A stretch of 64,000 nt of DNA from Octopus sinensis (Eukaryota), in the NCBI RefSeq assembly GCF_006345805.1, contig NC_043006.1, positions 73,966,001 through 74,030,000 of the forward strand. Direction: 5' to 3'. The notes under the pieces were generated by a model that was not told where the DNA came from, did no database searches, and saw nothing but the letters and a program-made list of their open reading frames with translations. The number at the start of each line of letters is the position of its first letter. Position 1 is the first letter of the stretch. A program made the translations under genes and the position numbers. Below are positions 53,006-64,000 of the stretch, in pieces.

Positions 53006-53329
53006 AAATGGAGTTTTGCTGTCCTGGTAACTATTTATTTATTTTTCCGTGTTAATTGTTAACAAGGTAAAAATACAATCATCTATATATATATACATAC
53101 AGTCGAACAATATTTTGAATATTCTCTGGCTCTGTATCGGTTTTTACTAAATGACTTTTAATAAGGCCACTTTTATCTTTTTTTTAGATCTTTGCATGGA
53201 TTAGTGCTGCCTATTTTAAGTTTTATGCAAATTACAAAAATTAAGAAATTATATAACACTATTTGAAATTTTGATCTTTCATCAAATCTTTTATGTTCTT
53301 TAAAATCCCAACGACCGAGCACTAAAGAT

Positions 53330-53379
<50 letters not shown>

Positions 53380-53384
53380 TATAC

Positions 53385-53553
53385 ACAGTCGATTATATCG
53401 ACCCCAGTACGCAAGTGGTGCTTAATTTATCAACCCTGAAAGGATGAAAGGCAAAGTCGACCTCGGTGGAATTTGAACTCAGAACGTAGCGCCAGACGAA
53501 ATACCGCTAAGCATTTCGACCGGCGTGCTAACGTTTCTGCCAGCTCGCCACCT
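53385..53553 (-). mobile_element. SINE group C, 3'-truncated
   Basis: Head and central block, ending in (TA)n. Confidence 0.85.
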
Positions 53554-54231
53554 TAGTTTATCCACAATACTGTATGCATTTGTATCTCGTCAAAGGCTTC
53601 AGTTTCGACAAAAAGAAGCTGTCTAAATTGGATAATTTACAATTGACATATCATAAGTGCTCTGGTGACTGTAATTACTCAATGATAATAATCAAAGCTT
53701 TAGTTAACCATAGTACTGCATAGATGTGTATTACAAGTAATTTATCACCTATTACTAAATACATATTTGCTCGATATTTAATTATTACAGTCAATTAATG
53801 TAATTTTCACGTACAACCAAAATGTCAGTTCATATACTCATTATAGCAATGGATAAGATGGAAGTTTTCCAAAACAATTAATCCTATGTTAAGAATTTCC
53901 AAAATATATTAAGTGCTTTCGTTGATTTACACTCTACGTGATTCTGTGAGATGAACAACCGAGGTCTATTTGGATTATCCAACTACATGCAAAGCAAAAG
54001 CTCCTTCACACCAGGAAGCCTTAACGTGAGGTTCGAAAAACTCCTTCTTACTCCGTCGTCCAAGGTGGAGGAAGCACTTTGCAGTTATAATAATGTACGT
54101 GAATCAATAATGTACGTGAATCAATAACAGGCATCATTAGAAAATTACGATTCATATGCATGTGGGTAGCCTATATCTCAGTCGCATAAGCTGATAGCTT
54201 CTGAGACATCGTCAGAATATTGGTATAATTA

Positions 54232-54440
54232 AGATGGTGAGTTGTCAGAATTGTTAGCACACCAGGCAAAATGCTTAGCGGCATTTCGTCCGTCATTACG
54301 TTCCGAATTCAAATTCCGCTGAGGTCGACTTTACCTTTCATCATTTAGGGATTAATAAAATAATACCAGTTGTGCACTGAGGTCGATGTAATCGACTTAT
54401 CCCCTCCCCAAAATTGCTGGTCTTGAGTCAAAATTTGAAA
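54232..54440 (+). mobile_element. SINE group C monomer with alternative tail
   Basis: Head, central block, CCCCTCCCCCAAAATTGCTGG tail. Confidence 0.8.
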
Positions 54441-54672
54441 TCTATATAAGCATAACATGCGCAGAGAGGCAGAGTCCCGGATCGTTCTCTCTGGAAAACG
54501 TGGGGTAGGCATAAGCAAAGGTGAGGAAGGTTTTGGCCCAGTTAGAAGTGCTACGTCATGAAGTTGACGAAAGAAGATAAAGGGTTGCGTAACTAGTTTA
54601 TTAGGGAGTGTGAAATTAGAAGTTCAACTTGCCAGAAAAAAACCTTTCAACATATTTTCTGTAAGTAATGTC

Positions 54673-55581
54673 GGATCTTTTCCCTTTCATCGGCAGATCG
54701 AGAAATTAACTTTTTGTAACTAAACACTTTGAATGTTCGGATACTGGTAGAGTGTGTCAATATAGAACATCTTTTACTCTTAGCGTTGTTCAGAAAATCT
54801 TCTATTTTCGAAGTCATTTCATGTTAAAAATGGCGTATTTCGGTAATTTCAACCAATCAATGACGTGTATTCAGCTGAATAAAATTGCTGCTGTTGTTTG
54901 TTAACAACTTCCGGCGGTGTATATTTCGTTTGTCACTGCAATTTATGACATATTTCATCTCATTTACGTTTGTATGAATAAACGAGTGCATCTGAAGCAT
55001 GTTTACTTCATGACACCACCATAATCGTTCGTGCATTTCTACTGCCTTTTGTTTTTTTCCGTTTTTCAGCTACTACTTTCGGAAAGTATTCCTACACCCA
55101 CCGTCTTCTCGCAAATTATTGCCAAAAACCCAGCTTTTCAGATACAGAATTCCCGGGGAATTGCCAAAAATCGAAATTTTGAAATTTTTTCCCCGCCCAC
55201 ACCAATTTCTTCATTTTCCACTTTTTTCCGTAACTCTAAGCCCCAACACTAACCCCAACTCTAACCCTAACCCTAATGCTAAAACCAGTACAAATGCACG
55301 AACGATATCATAAATAACAGTGTTAAACGAAAAATACACCGCCGATAGTTGTTGACAAACAACAGCAGTAATTTTATTCAGCTGAATACACGTCATTGAT
55401 TGGTTGAAATTACCGAAATACGAGAACTTCAACACGAAATAACATCGAAAATAGAAACTTTTCTCAACAACGCTAAGAGTAAAAGATGGTCTGTATGGCA
55501 CATTCTAACAGTATCCGAAGTTTCAAAGTGCTTAGTTACAAAAATTAATTCATTGATCTGCCGATGAACGTGAAAATATCC
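54673..55581. mobile_element. foldback-type non-autonomous DNA transposon, ~280-bp imperfect TIRs
   Basis: GGATCTTTTCCCTTTCATCGGCAGATC... versus ...GATCTGCCGATGAACGTGAAAATATCC; 8-bp TSD-like GTAATGTC / TTAATGTC; solo arm at 60203-60401. Confidence 0.8.
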
Positions 55582-55989
55582 TTAATGTCAAATTATAATT
55601 CGAAAGTGACTACAAAGAATTTACGTATTAGGGGGTTACGGCGACGATCGTGACACGAGGGTTTGATTCCCGAATCGAGAGGTGCGTTGCATTCTTAACC
55701 AAAACATTTCACCTCACGTTGCTCTGCGTGCACTTCGACAACTGAAGTGTAGCAATCCGTGCATCTGTTCAGATAATTTTTATTTGATGGTGCGAGTGAG
55801 CTAATGTTGGGCATAAACGTTTGATCACTATAAACAAATCTTCTGTGCACGTTTTTCGATAAGAAATTGCAGTACCGTCGTTCATGGACCCGAGAAACTA
55901 CCATACTATTTACGTATGCAGCTCTCTCTGTCAATATATATATATATATATATACAAAAGCCCTCATCGTTTGTTTTTACGGTTTTGTT

Positions 55990-56165
55990 CTCATTCTGCC
56001 TTTTACTGTTTTTACTTTCTCTCCTCCCCTCTCTCCTCCTCCTCCTCCACCTCTCTCCTTCCCCTCCTCCTATCTCCTTCCCCCTCCTCCTCTCTCCTCC
56101 CCCCGCTCTCTCCTCCTCCTCCTCCACTCTCTCTTCTTCCCCCTCCTCTCTCTTTCCCCCTTTCA
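55990..56165. repeat. CT-rich low-complexity tract
   Basis: Seen directly. Confidence 0.85.
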
Positions 56166-57462
56166 CTGATTATATATATATATATATATACACATACATA
56201 CAGAGAGAAAGAGAGAGTTAGTAATGTGTAAATTATATCCATATGGTTTCAACCATATTGAGTAGTAAGGAAAACCCAGGGTTATTTGAGGTAAGCCAGT
56301 CTCAATGTGTTTCATTTGACGGGTAAATACTGGGTTCGCTTCATTGGATTATAAATAGTTTAGCGAGTGTATATCGAAACGTACGTCGAAAAGATTTCAC
56401 CTGTAAAAAAAAATAAATGTTCAGATGTATTATTTTTCGTATTCATTCCTATAGACGTACATATATTGCACACACACAGACACACACACACATAAATTAT
56501 TCAGATGTAGACTGACTTTGAGTATGACATGAATTTATATTTCACGTAACGATATCGTGTGAGTATAAAACTTAATATATGCTGAAGGTGATTAAGTAAC
56601 CACTTGAAACTTGATCGTTACGAGTTACTCCATTTCTTTATAATGAAGAGTTGCCTGTTTGTACCAATTTCAAGAATATTTGTAAACAATAGTGGAAACC
56701 TGGATATAAATAGGAGCAAATATATGAGGAATATAAAGAACATGGTGTTATCTGTGTTGCAGTGGCTATTTCTATACGAAAATATTCTATTTCTAAACAA
56801 AAAGAAAGAATTGAGAATGTATGGTAGATTATATTTTCAACAGCTTTGGAAATACTTAATCTCAATTAGGATTACAGAACACAGAATGACGATAAGCGCA
56901 AAAAATAAATCCTCATTACAAGAAAATCTATTATTCAGTTCAACCGCCCACACTGAAAGATTTTTTTTTTTTCTTTCCATCCAGAGACATGTATTTTCCA
57001 TCCTTATCTCTTAATGTAAATTATATCCACGTAGAAACCTCACAGTGGTTAAAACTTCCAATAATTTAATCGGCGTATTGATGTGATGAGTACACCGCAA
57101 GTCTTCAAAATCGTAGATACAGAAGATACGCAGTGACAGATAATGGAATTAAAATAAGCTTCATTGAAGATAAGAACTGATTTATATTTGGAGATTTTAA
57201 TAATTTAATTCGTGTGGGTGTCATCTTGTTTTGTTTCGTATTTTTTTCCTCTTACTTCACAATGAGACGAGATTCTCAGATCGCATCAAATGCCACAAAC
57301 CCGCCCCCAAGACTATGAAAACTCCATTAGTATTCAAGAAAAGATAATTAGGCTCACACAGTCGTCTCGTTAAGATATTCTCTTAATAAAATCCTTGTTC
57401 ATGGTTCGATCCCACTGAGTTACTGTGAGTTATATCTCTCCTATAGGTTCGTGTTGAAAAAT

Positions 57463-57828
57463 ACAGGTGGAGACGATGGGGCGGCTAGGGTTGTTAGGTT
57501 TGTGGATTTGGGAGAGGACGTAAATGGAAGGATGCGGGGGTGCGGACAATGAGGTCGGAAGCGGCTTAGGGGAGACGGGAAGAGGAGATGAGGTCATGGA
57601 TATTGGAGGACACAGTCTGTTGGTAGCTGGGTGAGGGGCCAGAGGGCAGAGGGCAGTAGAAGGCGGTGTCTTGAAGTTCGCGGAGAGCTTCGGCCTTGTA
57701 GAGGTCCGCGCACATTACCACTACGTCTCCACCCTTGTTGGCCGGATTTATAATGATGTCAGTGCGGCGTTGGAGAGGTCGAAGGGGTGAGAGTTCGGCT
57801 GGGAAGATGTTGAGACGACAGGGACGCC
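57463..57828 (-). mobile_element. Penelope-like RT N-terminal relic (Neptune/Poseidon-like)
   Basis: RRTDIIINPANKGGDVVVMCADLYKAEALRELQDTAFY...LIVRTPR/IYVLSQIHKPNNPSRPIVSTC corresponds to the PLE motifs ADKG and LPKIHK..RPIVS; one stop and one frameshift. Confidence 0.85.
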
Positions 57829-57963
57829 TATATATACAAATTTAAAATAATAAGGGGAAAAAATTAAATTCATTGGTCTAGCATATACAAAAATCTGAAG
57901 ATTCAGAAAAATTATATTATATAAGAAGAATTATATAAGAATTATATAATATAAGAAACATTA

Positions 57964-58091
57964 TATAAGGATGACCACTAGGGGGACATCCTTTGTGGTA
58001 GAAGTCGACCCCATTCCTTTCTTAGAGGTAAGACCATAGGGGGTCGACTTATAGCATAATGGATGTCCACTTAGTGGTCAGCCCCCTTATA
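57964..58091. mobile_element. small MITE/hairpin, ~49-bp imperfect TIRs, TA-flanked
   Basis: TATAAGGATGACCACTAG...AAGTCGACCCC versus GGGGTCGACTT...TTAGTGGTCAGCCCCCTTATA. Confidence 0.75.
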
Positions 58092-58094
58092 TGT

Positions 58095-58136
58095 ATATAC
58101 ATATATACGTACATATGTGTGTGTGTGTGTGTATGT

Positions 58137-58179
<43 letters not shown>

Positions 58180-58218
58180 CACATGCATATATATATATAT
58201 ATACATACACATGCATAG

Positions 58219-58249
<31 letters not shown>

Positions 58250-58380
58250 CATATATATATATACATATATGTATATACATATATACATACATACATACAC
58301 ATAGACACATATTTGTATACGCACATACACATATAAATTATTCATATACATATATTTGTGTATGTACATATATATTTATA
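58095..58380. repeat. TA/CA compound microsatellite
   Basis: Seen directly. Confidence 0.9.
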
Positions 58381-58904
58381 TGTAAGTGTGTTTATTATAT
58401 CCGTGTTTTGCGTTTAGATGTTTACTTGTACAAAACTGATGTTTTCTCCATCAGATAACTTAGCGATTCGTTAAATATCACTCGATACAATTGCAGTCAC
58501 TTTGGGGAATAAATACGGCTGCTATAACGATCTATCTAAAACCAAATAAGAAAATAAAAGCTGCAACAGAATAATTTGCTGATTAAATTAGCTAATAGCT
58601 TTGGAGATTATGTGTTGTGGAGATGGATATATCTTTGAATGGTATTTTTCTTGTAGCTTCTCTCATCTCTTTCCCTAGCTAAGGAAGATAAAAGCCAAAC
58701 ATTTATTGGGTAGTTTATTTGGAGATGGTTAAGAACCACAGTTACAGAGACTTCTTATTTCTCTCTTGATTTACGATTGTACGGTAGTGCACATGTCCGA
58801 GTCATTCCAGGATCACTTACTGTGTAGGCAATATAAAGGAAATAAATCTGAAGTTTTGTATTGAAAGCTAAAGGAAATTTAGTGATATCATGCAGAACTA
58901 GAAT

Positions 58905-59300
58905 CTAAGCATGTAACGTCAAAGATAGAACTGGTAAGCATTCATAGGCCAAAAAAATTAAAATGCTTAACGGAGTAGCATGTAATATACCAAACAATAT
59001 TGCTACATAAACTGAATCGATATCCGCTTGCTTTAAGCAAAAGAAAAACTGTAAAAAGCGAACTGTTAAGTTTCTGGGTACAATGTCTATATAGAATTTT
59101 AGACCGGCATCATGGAACCCTACATATCGATTGTGCTGTATGGAGAAAGAAATGTAAGAATCATCTACGTATCGCTTTCTGAAAATAAATCCTCGATGAT
59201 AATCAGAACTTGTTTCACTGATATATTTATAATTTGCCACGCTGAGTATATACATGGATTTTCCCAACGTTGTTATTGTTTGAAATGAAATTCCTTGTGT
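58905..59300 (-). mobile_element. highly decayed Penelope-like RT relic, RYVDD type
   Basis: FRKRYVDDSYISF followed by LKFYID...LTVRFL, spaced like the PLE RYVDD...IkFT.E...LpFLD motifs. Confidence 0.45.
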
Positions 59301-60202
59301 TAGGTATTAGATTTTAAAGTTATAAATTCAGTGGCTTCATTCTTAGTTTCCGCACAACTCTGCCAATTGAGTTGTGTCTGGAGAGAGTCATTTTCTTTTT
59401 GTGCCTTATAATTCAATCTTTCGTAATTCACCGAATATAGCATTGTGAAGTCAAATGCGGTAGAAATATACAATATTGTATGCCAGAAGAATTTATTCCT
59501 TTTCTTGTTTGCTAAATCAGATTTTGCAACAAAATTTACGCAGTCAAGGCTGTACTTAATTTGTTTATTAAGAGACTCAAGAATTATTTTTTTGTACAAA
59601 TACTGTATGAACATATGGATATGTTAAATAATACAAAGCTAGTAAAACAATACCAAATCAGGGTTCTGTTGAAATAAATAGTCAAACTATCTGGGGAAAT
59701 GTATTATCATCCTTCTTGTAAAATCTTATCTTCATCATGACAGTCCAAGCATGTTTCATTTAAGACAGTTATATGTGATGCGTGTCTTAAGCTAGTACCT
59801 ATTCTGAGTTAATCTTCCACGTAATTTTTACTCCTGCATAAAAAAACATTCTATAATACTTAAAGCTAAAACACCTTCGGAAAGAGGATAACTGTCCAAC
59901 GTTCTTCCTTCGCTATTAATATACAAATAAAATATCATAGAATTTCAATCCCAAAATATATTCTTCGCTTTAACATTAAACTTTCAGTAAATTTAAGGTG
60001 TCCTGAATTTTTCATGTTGTTGTTAAGTACCCGTATTTATTTAAGCTAGATGTAAGAAAATCAATGATATGACCATTATGACGGGAAAAGAAAACTGATT
60101 TTCATCCAGAAGTGAGTATCAGTTATGTTTATTACTTCTAATTAAAAACTTATTAGCGTTCTCTCTGATTAAATTTATAGCCGTTTCTTGAGTAAAAGTT
60201 CT

Positions 60203-60401
60203 GGATCTTTACCTTTTGACCTACAGATTAAAAAAATTATTTTTTGTAACTAAACACTTTCAAACTTCGGATACTGGTAGAATGTGTCATATAAAACATA
60301 TTTTATTCTTAGCATTTTTGAGAAAAATTTATATTTACGAAGTAATTTCACGTTAAAGTAGTCCTATTTCGGTAATTTCAACCAATGACGTGTATTCAGC
60401 T
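60203..60401. mobile_element. solo arm of the foldback family at 54673
   Basis: TTTGTAACTAAACACTTT...TTCGGATACTGGTAGA...TTCGGTAATTTCAACCAAT shared. Confidence 0.8.
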
Positions 60402-60534
60402 GGGTTCCTACTTTCCTCAATGACATAATAAATGGTAAGTTGAAATTATTCAATTCCAGCGTGGAACTAGTGCATTTTGCGTTTCATAATGATAATTAGG
60501 TTATGTATATATATATATATATGCATATATATGT

Positions 60535-60572
<38 letters not shown>

Positions 60573-60574
<2 letters not shown>

Positions 60575-60792
60575 TTTTTTCGTTGTTTAAAAAAATGTCC
60601 ATTTCTTCGGTTTTGTGTTTATGTTTTCGTTTCTCATTGTGTTCGACGTTTTTTTTGGTGTCCTGTACCCGTATATGCATGTATATATACATATAGAGGT
60701 AGGTACGTACATATATGTATGTATATATGCATATGTTTTATTTATTTATTTATATATGACTGAACGCACGCATTCATTTCTAAGTAAGATTG

Positions 60793-60795
<3 letters not shown>
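60573..60795 (+). mobile_element. diverged copy of the direct-repeat family at 24652-25727
   Basis: TGTTCGACGT...TTTGGTGTCCTGTAC...TAGAGGTAGGTACGTACATATATG...AAGTAAGATTGTT shared with the reverse complement of 25477-25720. Confidence 0.75.
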
Positions 60796-60834
<39 letters not shown>

Positions 60835-61329
60835 GAAAGAAGGTTTGAAAATGCAATTTAAAAGATGTTTATTTACTTAACCGGTTTCACTCTTTGGAAA
60901 AAGATTGTCAAAAGTAACATAGAATATTATGAATTCAAAAAAGTTTTTTACATAATTGCCACATTACATGTATATATACAGTCTTTGGTAACAAGGACAT
61001 GTTAAGGACATAAGAAAGTACAACAATATGATGAGAATATTTGAAAAAATGGGCAGAAAAGATTAAAACAAATATATCTCCGGGTCAGTACAGAATATTA
61101 TGAATTCAAGGCGAGCTTGTTTACTGACTTGTCCGTTTTAGCAGAAATATAGAATTGAAAAAGATGTCCCGTTCTTTTCTTTTTTTGGCTTTCCTTCAAG
61201 CATCAATGATTTTGGGGTTAGGATGAGGTGAATATGTGTGTCTCTCTGCGTGTGTGTGAATAGATGTGTCTGTGTGCCTGTAGTATTTGGTCAGATGGCG
61301 TCTGTTTGTCAAGTGTGTGTGGTTGTCAT

Positions 61330-61333
61330 GGTG

Positions 61334-61371
<38 letters not shown>

Positions 61372-61535
61372 ATATATACATATATATATACGTATATAAT
61401 ACGTACATGCATATATATATATATATATACACACATATATATATATATATATATACGTATATAATACATACATACATGCATATATATATATATATACACA
61501 CATATATATATATACGTATATAATACATACATACA

Positions 61536-61585
<50 letters not shown>

Positions 61586-61650
61586 TACATGTACACGCGC
61601 GAGCATATATATACGCCTGTATGTATGAGCGTGTGTGTGCATTTGCGTAT
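61330..61650. repeat. TA-rich minisatellite (TATACGTATATAATACRTACATGC unit x3)
   Basis: Seen directly. Confidence 0.85.
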
Positions 61651-62751
61651 GTGTGTGTGTCTGTATTTGAAATTTCCATTTACCAATTTATTAAATATGT
61701 TTATTAAATACTTTTTCCTCTGATATTGTTATATCATTAGCTTTAATTGTATATTTCGCACGTGAAAGTAAAGGGAAAAAAATCAATTATGGTGATTTTA
61801 ACACAAATTTATGATAATCAATTGCAGGATCTTCCGAGATATATTCTCTCAAAAAAGAAAGAATTAATGGGAAATATACATTAAAATATGTGTTTTTCTC
61901 AGAGATACGAAGATTATTTCTGAATGTTGTTACCAGAGTGTTTTCTAAAGTGAACGTCAGGTTACCAGGTACATGTGGAGAAAGTGGAAACAAATTACAT
62001 GGACATTAACCTTAATTGTAATATTGTAAGCACCAATTTTGGGGCATAAGAAAGAACAGACACGGTTGTCCATTGACTGAACTCTAAGCAAGTAACTCTA
62101 ACATCCACATCTTTTCTATCTGTTTTATTCGAGCCTGAATACTCACATTCCTTGTTGTCCAGCTTCTATGGTGTTTAAGTGACCGCGCTCACAACATTCC
62201 CCTGAACTGTACGCTGGTTCCTTGTAATTTTTGAAAGCAAAGGTACAAATTGATTACCAATATTTTATTAGTATTTTATTAATTCCTTCCCGGTAGGATA
62301 TGAACCCAGAACTTAAAGAACCGCAAGAAAAGCCACTGAGCATTTTGTTCGTCGAGCTAACAATTCTTCTTACTCAGCACCTTATCCACAAGCTTACGTC
62401 CATCAAACATTTCAATTATCCTCATTACATACTGTCGGCTGCGGCTATTATGTTTCGGGTGAACCACCATAAATGTTACTATAATGGTCATTCTCTTGCT
62501 CACTGAGGTAGACTTATACGACTGATACACTCAAATGTGTATGTTGTTGTCGGTAGATTCATGTGGGACCTCAGACACTAGGATGTCCCTGTATTGTTTG
62601 AATGTGTCTAAATCGACATCTAAATACTTAGTTTCTGGCATTGCCCTACATCGTGATGGACAAAGAAGGGTTTTGGCACTATGAAGTAGCGTCCCTTTCG
62701 TGGATATAAACATACACAAATACATATGTGTGTGTGTATACGCATACACAC

Positions 62752-63005
62752 ACTAGCATATGCACATACATGCACACACATACACATATACACACACGCA
62801 CATATGTACATATCAATAGGTGTGTATCGCTGTGCTCCTGTGTTGGTCTCCACCCCGCTTACTAGATGTTGCTGGGGGTTCCCAGCAACATCTAGTAAGC
62901 GGGGTGGAGACCAACACAGGAGCACAGCGATACACACCTATTGATATGTACATATGTGCGTGTGTGTATATGTGTATGTGTGTGCATGTATGTGCATATG
63001 CTAGT
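62752..63005. repeat. perfect palindrome: two identical 125-bp arms with a 4-nt spacer (GGTT)
   Basis: 62752-62876 is the exact reverse complement of 62881-63005, checked base by base. Confidence 0.95.
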
Positions 63006-63111
63006 TTTTTATGTCCCAGTTATCTCAAAGTCAGGTTTAAGACACTAGTAGAATACATACCATACATGAAAAATCAGTATTGGACTTGATATTTTAGATG
63101 AAAAATTCTAT

Positions 63112-63160
63112 GGCGGTGCTGCAGTATGGCTACATTCCAATGACTGAAACAAGCAAACGA
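63112..63160 (+). mobile_element. SINE-B tail fragment
   Basis: GGCGGTGCTGCAGTATGGCTAC...AATGACTGAAACAAG. Confidence 0.65.
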
Positions 63161-63349
63161 TAAAAAATATATATCCCTTCTTCTTTCCAGAGAGTATGGA
63201 CTTACTACTTTCAATAGCCGACAAAACTCACGTGCATTACACAAGTAATCTTCTTGGTGAAGTAGCGTAGAATTGCTGTTATTTTAGAATCGGTTTCGAA
63301 ACATTCGAAGGCAATGACATTAGGGCTCTTGGTTGCTTAGTTTAATTAA

Positions 63350-63500
63350 GCTATGAGTTCTAATTTCCCCGGGGCCGACTTTGCTTTTCATTCTTTTGGG
63401 GTCGACAAAATAAGTATCAGTTGAACACTGGTGTCGATTTAGTCGACCTAGCCCCTCAACCAAAACCATTGGCCTTATTCTAGATTTTGAAACCAATAAC
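63350..63500 (+). mobile_element. SINE group C, diverged
   Basis: CGACTTTGCTTTTCATTCTTTTGGGGTCGACAAAATAAGTATCAG central block. Confidence 0.7.
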
Positions 63501-64000
63501 TATCATAATGTGGTTGTAAAAAAAGTACATAGTAAAGCATTCATTTAATGATGATGGTGTAAAGGACGGATAACCTAATAAATATTCATTTCTTAAACTT
63601 TTATGTTGTTACAAGAGCTAGAGGCAGAAAACAAGAGCCATATAATTTTCATAATTACATTACTGTTTTATTTGCTGAAGTATACAGTCCATAAACGATA
63701 ACTTCATTTTAGTAGTAGAAATATGAAGTTCAAAAATATGGATGGATATTGCAAAATTCATAACAGAAGAACATAAAATGTTGCAGAGATAGAGATCAGT
63801 TTCTCATTAAAACTCGGTTCCAAGTAAACATTTAGGAATATATTCTAAGAATTTTCTGGTTTTGAGTTTCAGTTACTGTACTTCACTTCAATAGATAGTT
63901 GTGAAAATCTAGTCTTAGGATTGGGTGTATAGATTATAAGAGTGGGTTCAAATCTGATGGATTTTTGTCAAATTATACTCTACTCTTTTACTCTTTTCAG

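Overview
AT-rich, microsatellite-dense animal genomic DNA, intronic or intergenic. The SINE families resemble those of Octopus (inference from recognition, not a database search). I found no confidently identifiable host gene, rRNA, tRNA gene or CRISPR array, and nearly all listed ORFs are translations of simple repeats. The window is a mosaic of mobile elements: three tRNA-derived SINE groups (my labels A, B, C), a young 5'-truncated CR1-like LINE with most of its RT, R4/Dong-type fragments stacked in one (AAT)n tract, two mariner relics, several MITE/foldback elements and RT relics of up to three Penelope-like (PLE) lineages. The most notable signals are: (1) minimal type-I hammerhead ribozyme motifs, one with an intact core at 2262-2292 and one inside a tRNA-headed non-autonomous element with a PLE-style inverted end (4480-4816); (2) several long palindromes and inverted duplications, including a mismatch-free pair of 125-bp arms (62752-63005); (3) SINE-C concatemers and a circularly permuted SINE-C unit held between inverted repeats; (4) a 3' stem-loop motif shared by CR1-like LINEs and SINE-B. 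All alignments and folds were done by eye.
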